IMG/VR virus record: IMGVR_UViG_3300045988_181536
Location: 32,001-96,000 of that record
Source: a virus
Reading direction: 5' to 3' (one strand)
Length of the DNA: 64,000 bases
The notes below the pieces were generated by a model. That model had not been told where the DNA came from. It made no database searches and was given only the letters and a program-made list of their open reading frames with translations. Numbering within the stretch: position 1 is the first letter of the stretch; every line of letters starts with the position of its first letter. Below are positions 62,958 through 64,000 of the stretch, in pieces. The position numbers and the translations under genes are program-made.

Positions 62958-63142
62958 TGGAAGCTTGGGAAATCGTAAGAGATTTAATGTCGCTAAACGA
63001 TAAGCACTTAGACTCAACTATTGAGACATACGAGTCGCTAAGAGAAAATAATCCTAGGTGCGATGCTATTTATCGCGCGGCTTTAAAAATAAAAGAACAA
63101 AGAGAAGAAGATAAATATGAGCAAAAAACTACTAAAAATTAG
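62939..63142 (+). CDS. hypothetical small protein
   Basis: 67 aa. Overlaps both neighbours. Confidence 0.25.
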   Translation: MGDVFLMEAWEIVRDLMSLNDKHLDSTIETYESLRENNPRCDAIYRAALKIKEQREEDKYEQKTTKN

Positions 63143-63635
63143 ATTTGTCCTTTTTGATTGCGCGCTTGCGATGCAAATTTTAGAGCAAGAAGGAGATTTT
63201 GAAGACTCCGAACACATTAAAATATCCGATAGACCTTGGTTATATAATAATGAGATTCATCTAAGAGGGGATGACTCTGACGGAAATAAAAGAGTTGTAA
63301 TACAAGAATTTGATAACAATCAAGATCGAAACAAACATCTTGCACAAATTTTAGTATGGATACGTAATGAACAATTTGCCAATAGATTTATTAAAAATCT
63401 TGCAATCGGAAAATGTTGCGAAGTACGCAACAAAGATTCCGATAAATGGGAAGTTGGAGAATTATTGGCAATTTTGCCTGAAAATTATAAGAAACGTTAT
63501 GTTGTATCAGATCCTAAGCCCGTATTGAGTGACGATGAACCTACATGGCAAGTTTGGGAGGAAGCTCGTCCTATAGAACGCGGCTTTACATTTACACAAG
63601 AAACCGAAGACACCTATGTTTGGGAACTTTCTTAA
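63117..63635 (+). CDS. MQILEQEG/YTWEEK paralog family member 4
   Basis: CALAMQILEQEGDFEDSEH...GELLAILPENYKKRY...ARPIERGFTFTQETEDTYVWELS. Confidence 0.5.
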   Translation: MSKKLLKIRFVLFDCALAMQILEQEGDFEDSEHIKISDRPWLYNNEIHLRGDDSDGNKRVVIQEFDNNQDRNKHLAQILVWIRNEQFANRFIKNLAIGKCCEVRNKDSDKWEVGELLAILPENYKKRYVVSDPKPVLSDDEPTWQVWEEARPIERGFTFTQETEDTYVWELS

Positions 63636-63649
63636 AAAGCTGACAAATT

Positions 63650-64000
63650 TATGAACCTAATTTTAACTTCCGATTGGCATCTTGGATTACAACAATATGG
63701 AGATCCAAGACGTGAAAACGACGTTTATAATGCGGCAAAATTTATTATCGATTTTGCTATAAATTCCAAATATCCAATTTTATTGGCAGGGGATATTTTA
63801 GATAGTTGTAATCCCGTTGAAAAGGCTGTAAGCGAACTGAAGGATTTGCATTTAAAGTTAGTTGAAGCTAATATACCTGCATTTTATATAAATGGGAATC
63901 ACGATAATACTTCTGAACATTGGCTTAATGTGGTTAGCAGACCATCCGATAAGGGAGGGTTTATAGAGCTAAAACCAAATCAATCTGTTACAATTAATAA
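63650..64000 (+). CDS. SbcD/Mre11-like DNA repair nuclease (calcineurin-like phosphoesterase), 3' partial
   Basis: MNLILTSDWHLGLQQYGDPRR...ILLAGDILDS...YINGNHDN matches SbcD motifs I-III (DxH, GDxxD, GNH(D/E)). Runs off the window end. Confidence 0.65.

Noticed and set aside
1-64000. CRISPR arrays or other short regularly spaced direct repeats
   Set aside because: None seen. The repeated DNA segments found (34-bp leader ×2, ~70-bp module ×2, IS-end ×2, ggtatatata ×3) are irregularly spaced and gene-associated.

Overview
This window looks like part of a large, AT-rich virulent phage or prophage genome. Almost every gene has a Shine-Dalgarno-like AGAAAGGA/GGAGG ribosome-binding site, which points to a low-GC Gram-positive-type host.

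Layout:
- 1–14.9 kb: + strand block of large virion proteins.
- 15046–15987: a sigma-70-family sigma factor.
- 16.3–31.5 kb: more large structural genes, including two tail-fibre genes (21858–28372) that share repeat modules and end in lectin-like domains.
- 31.5–33.7 kb: small moron-like genes, each behind a TTGAAA-N18-TATATATA promoter.
- 33.7–34.2 kb and 44.2–44.5 kb: two tRNA islands.
- 37273–37962: thymidylate kinase.
- 38.6–40.3 kb: an IS200/IS605-family TnpB element that appears to split a cytidine-deaminase-fold gene.
- 45006–46931 (−): a terminase large subunit.
- 47–63.6 kb: a dense accessory / anti-defence region.
- 63650 to window end: a partial SbcD/Mre11 nuclease.

Most notable calls:
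1. The first tRNA island holds tRNA-Gln and a tRNA-Leu(UAA) interrupted in its anticodon loop by a 278-nt group I intron with canonical P/Q/R/S core elements. The second holds tRNA-Pro and tRNA-Met.
2. The terminase ORF begins with a Hint/intein C-terminal fragment (blocks B, F, G; ...NGILSHN|T) fused directly to the post-P-loop part of TerL. I read this as an atypical split intein, with the N-terminal Walker-A fragment encoded elsewhere.
3. Gene 57054–59246 is a single-polypeptide kinase / phosphoesterase / ligase, architecturally like the bacterial polynucleotide kinase-phosphatase Pnkp. It looks like an RNA-repair enzyme to counter host anticodon nucleases.
4. The accessory region carries a Lar-family restriction-alleviation protein, a Qnr/MfpA-like pentapeptide-repeat protein, a small orphan DPPH methyltransferase and an ASCH protein.
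5. A four-copy paralog family (MQILEQEG ... YTWEEK) occurs in the accessory region, and its C-terminal module is also fused to the methyltransferase.
6. Other repeats: paired MPNW genes sharing a 34-bp leader, and a ~70-bp repeat that hides a 26-aa ORF.

No CRISPR array, reverse transcriptase or rRNA was seen. Most large structural proteins cannot be named from sequence alone.
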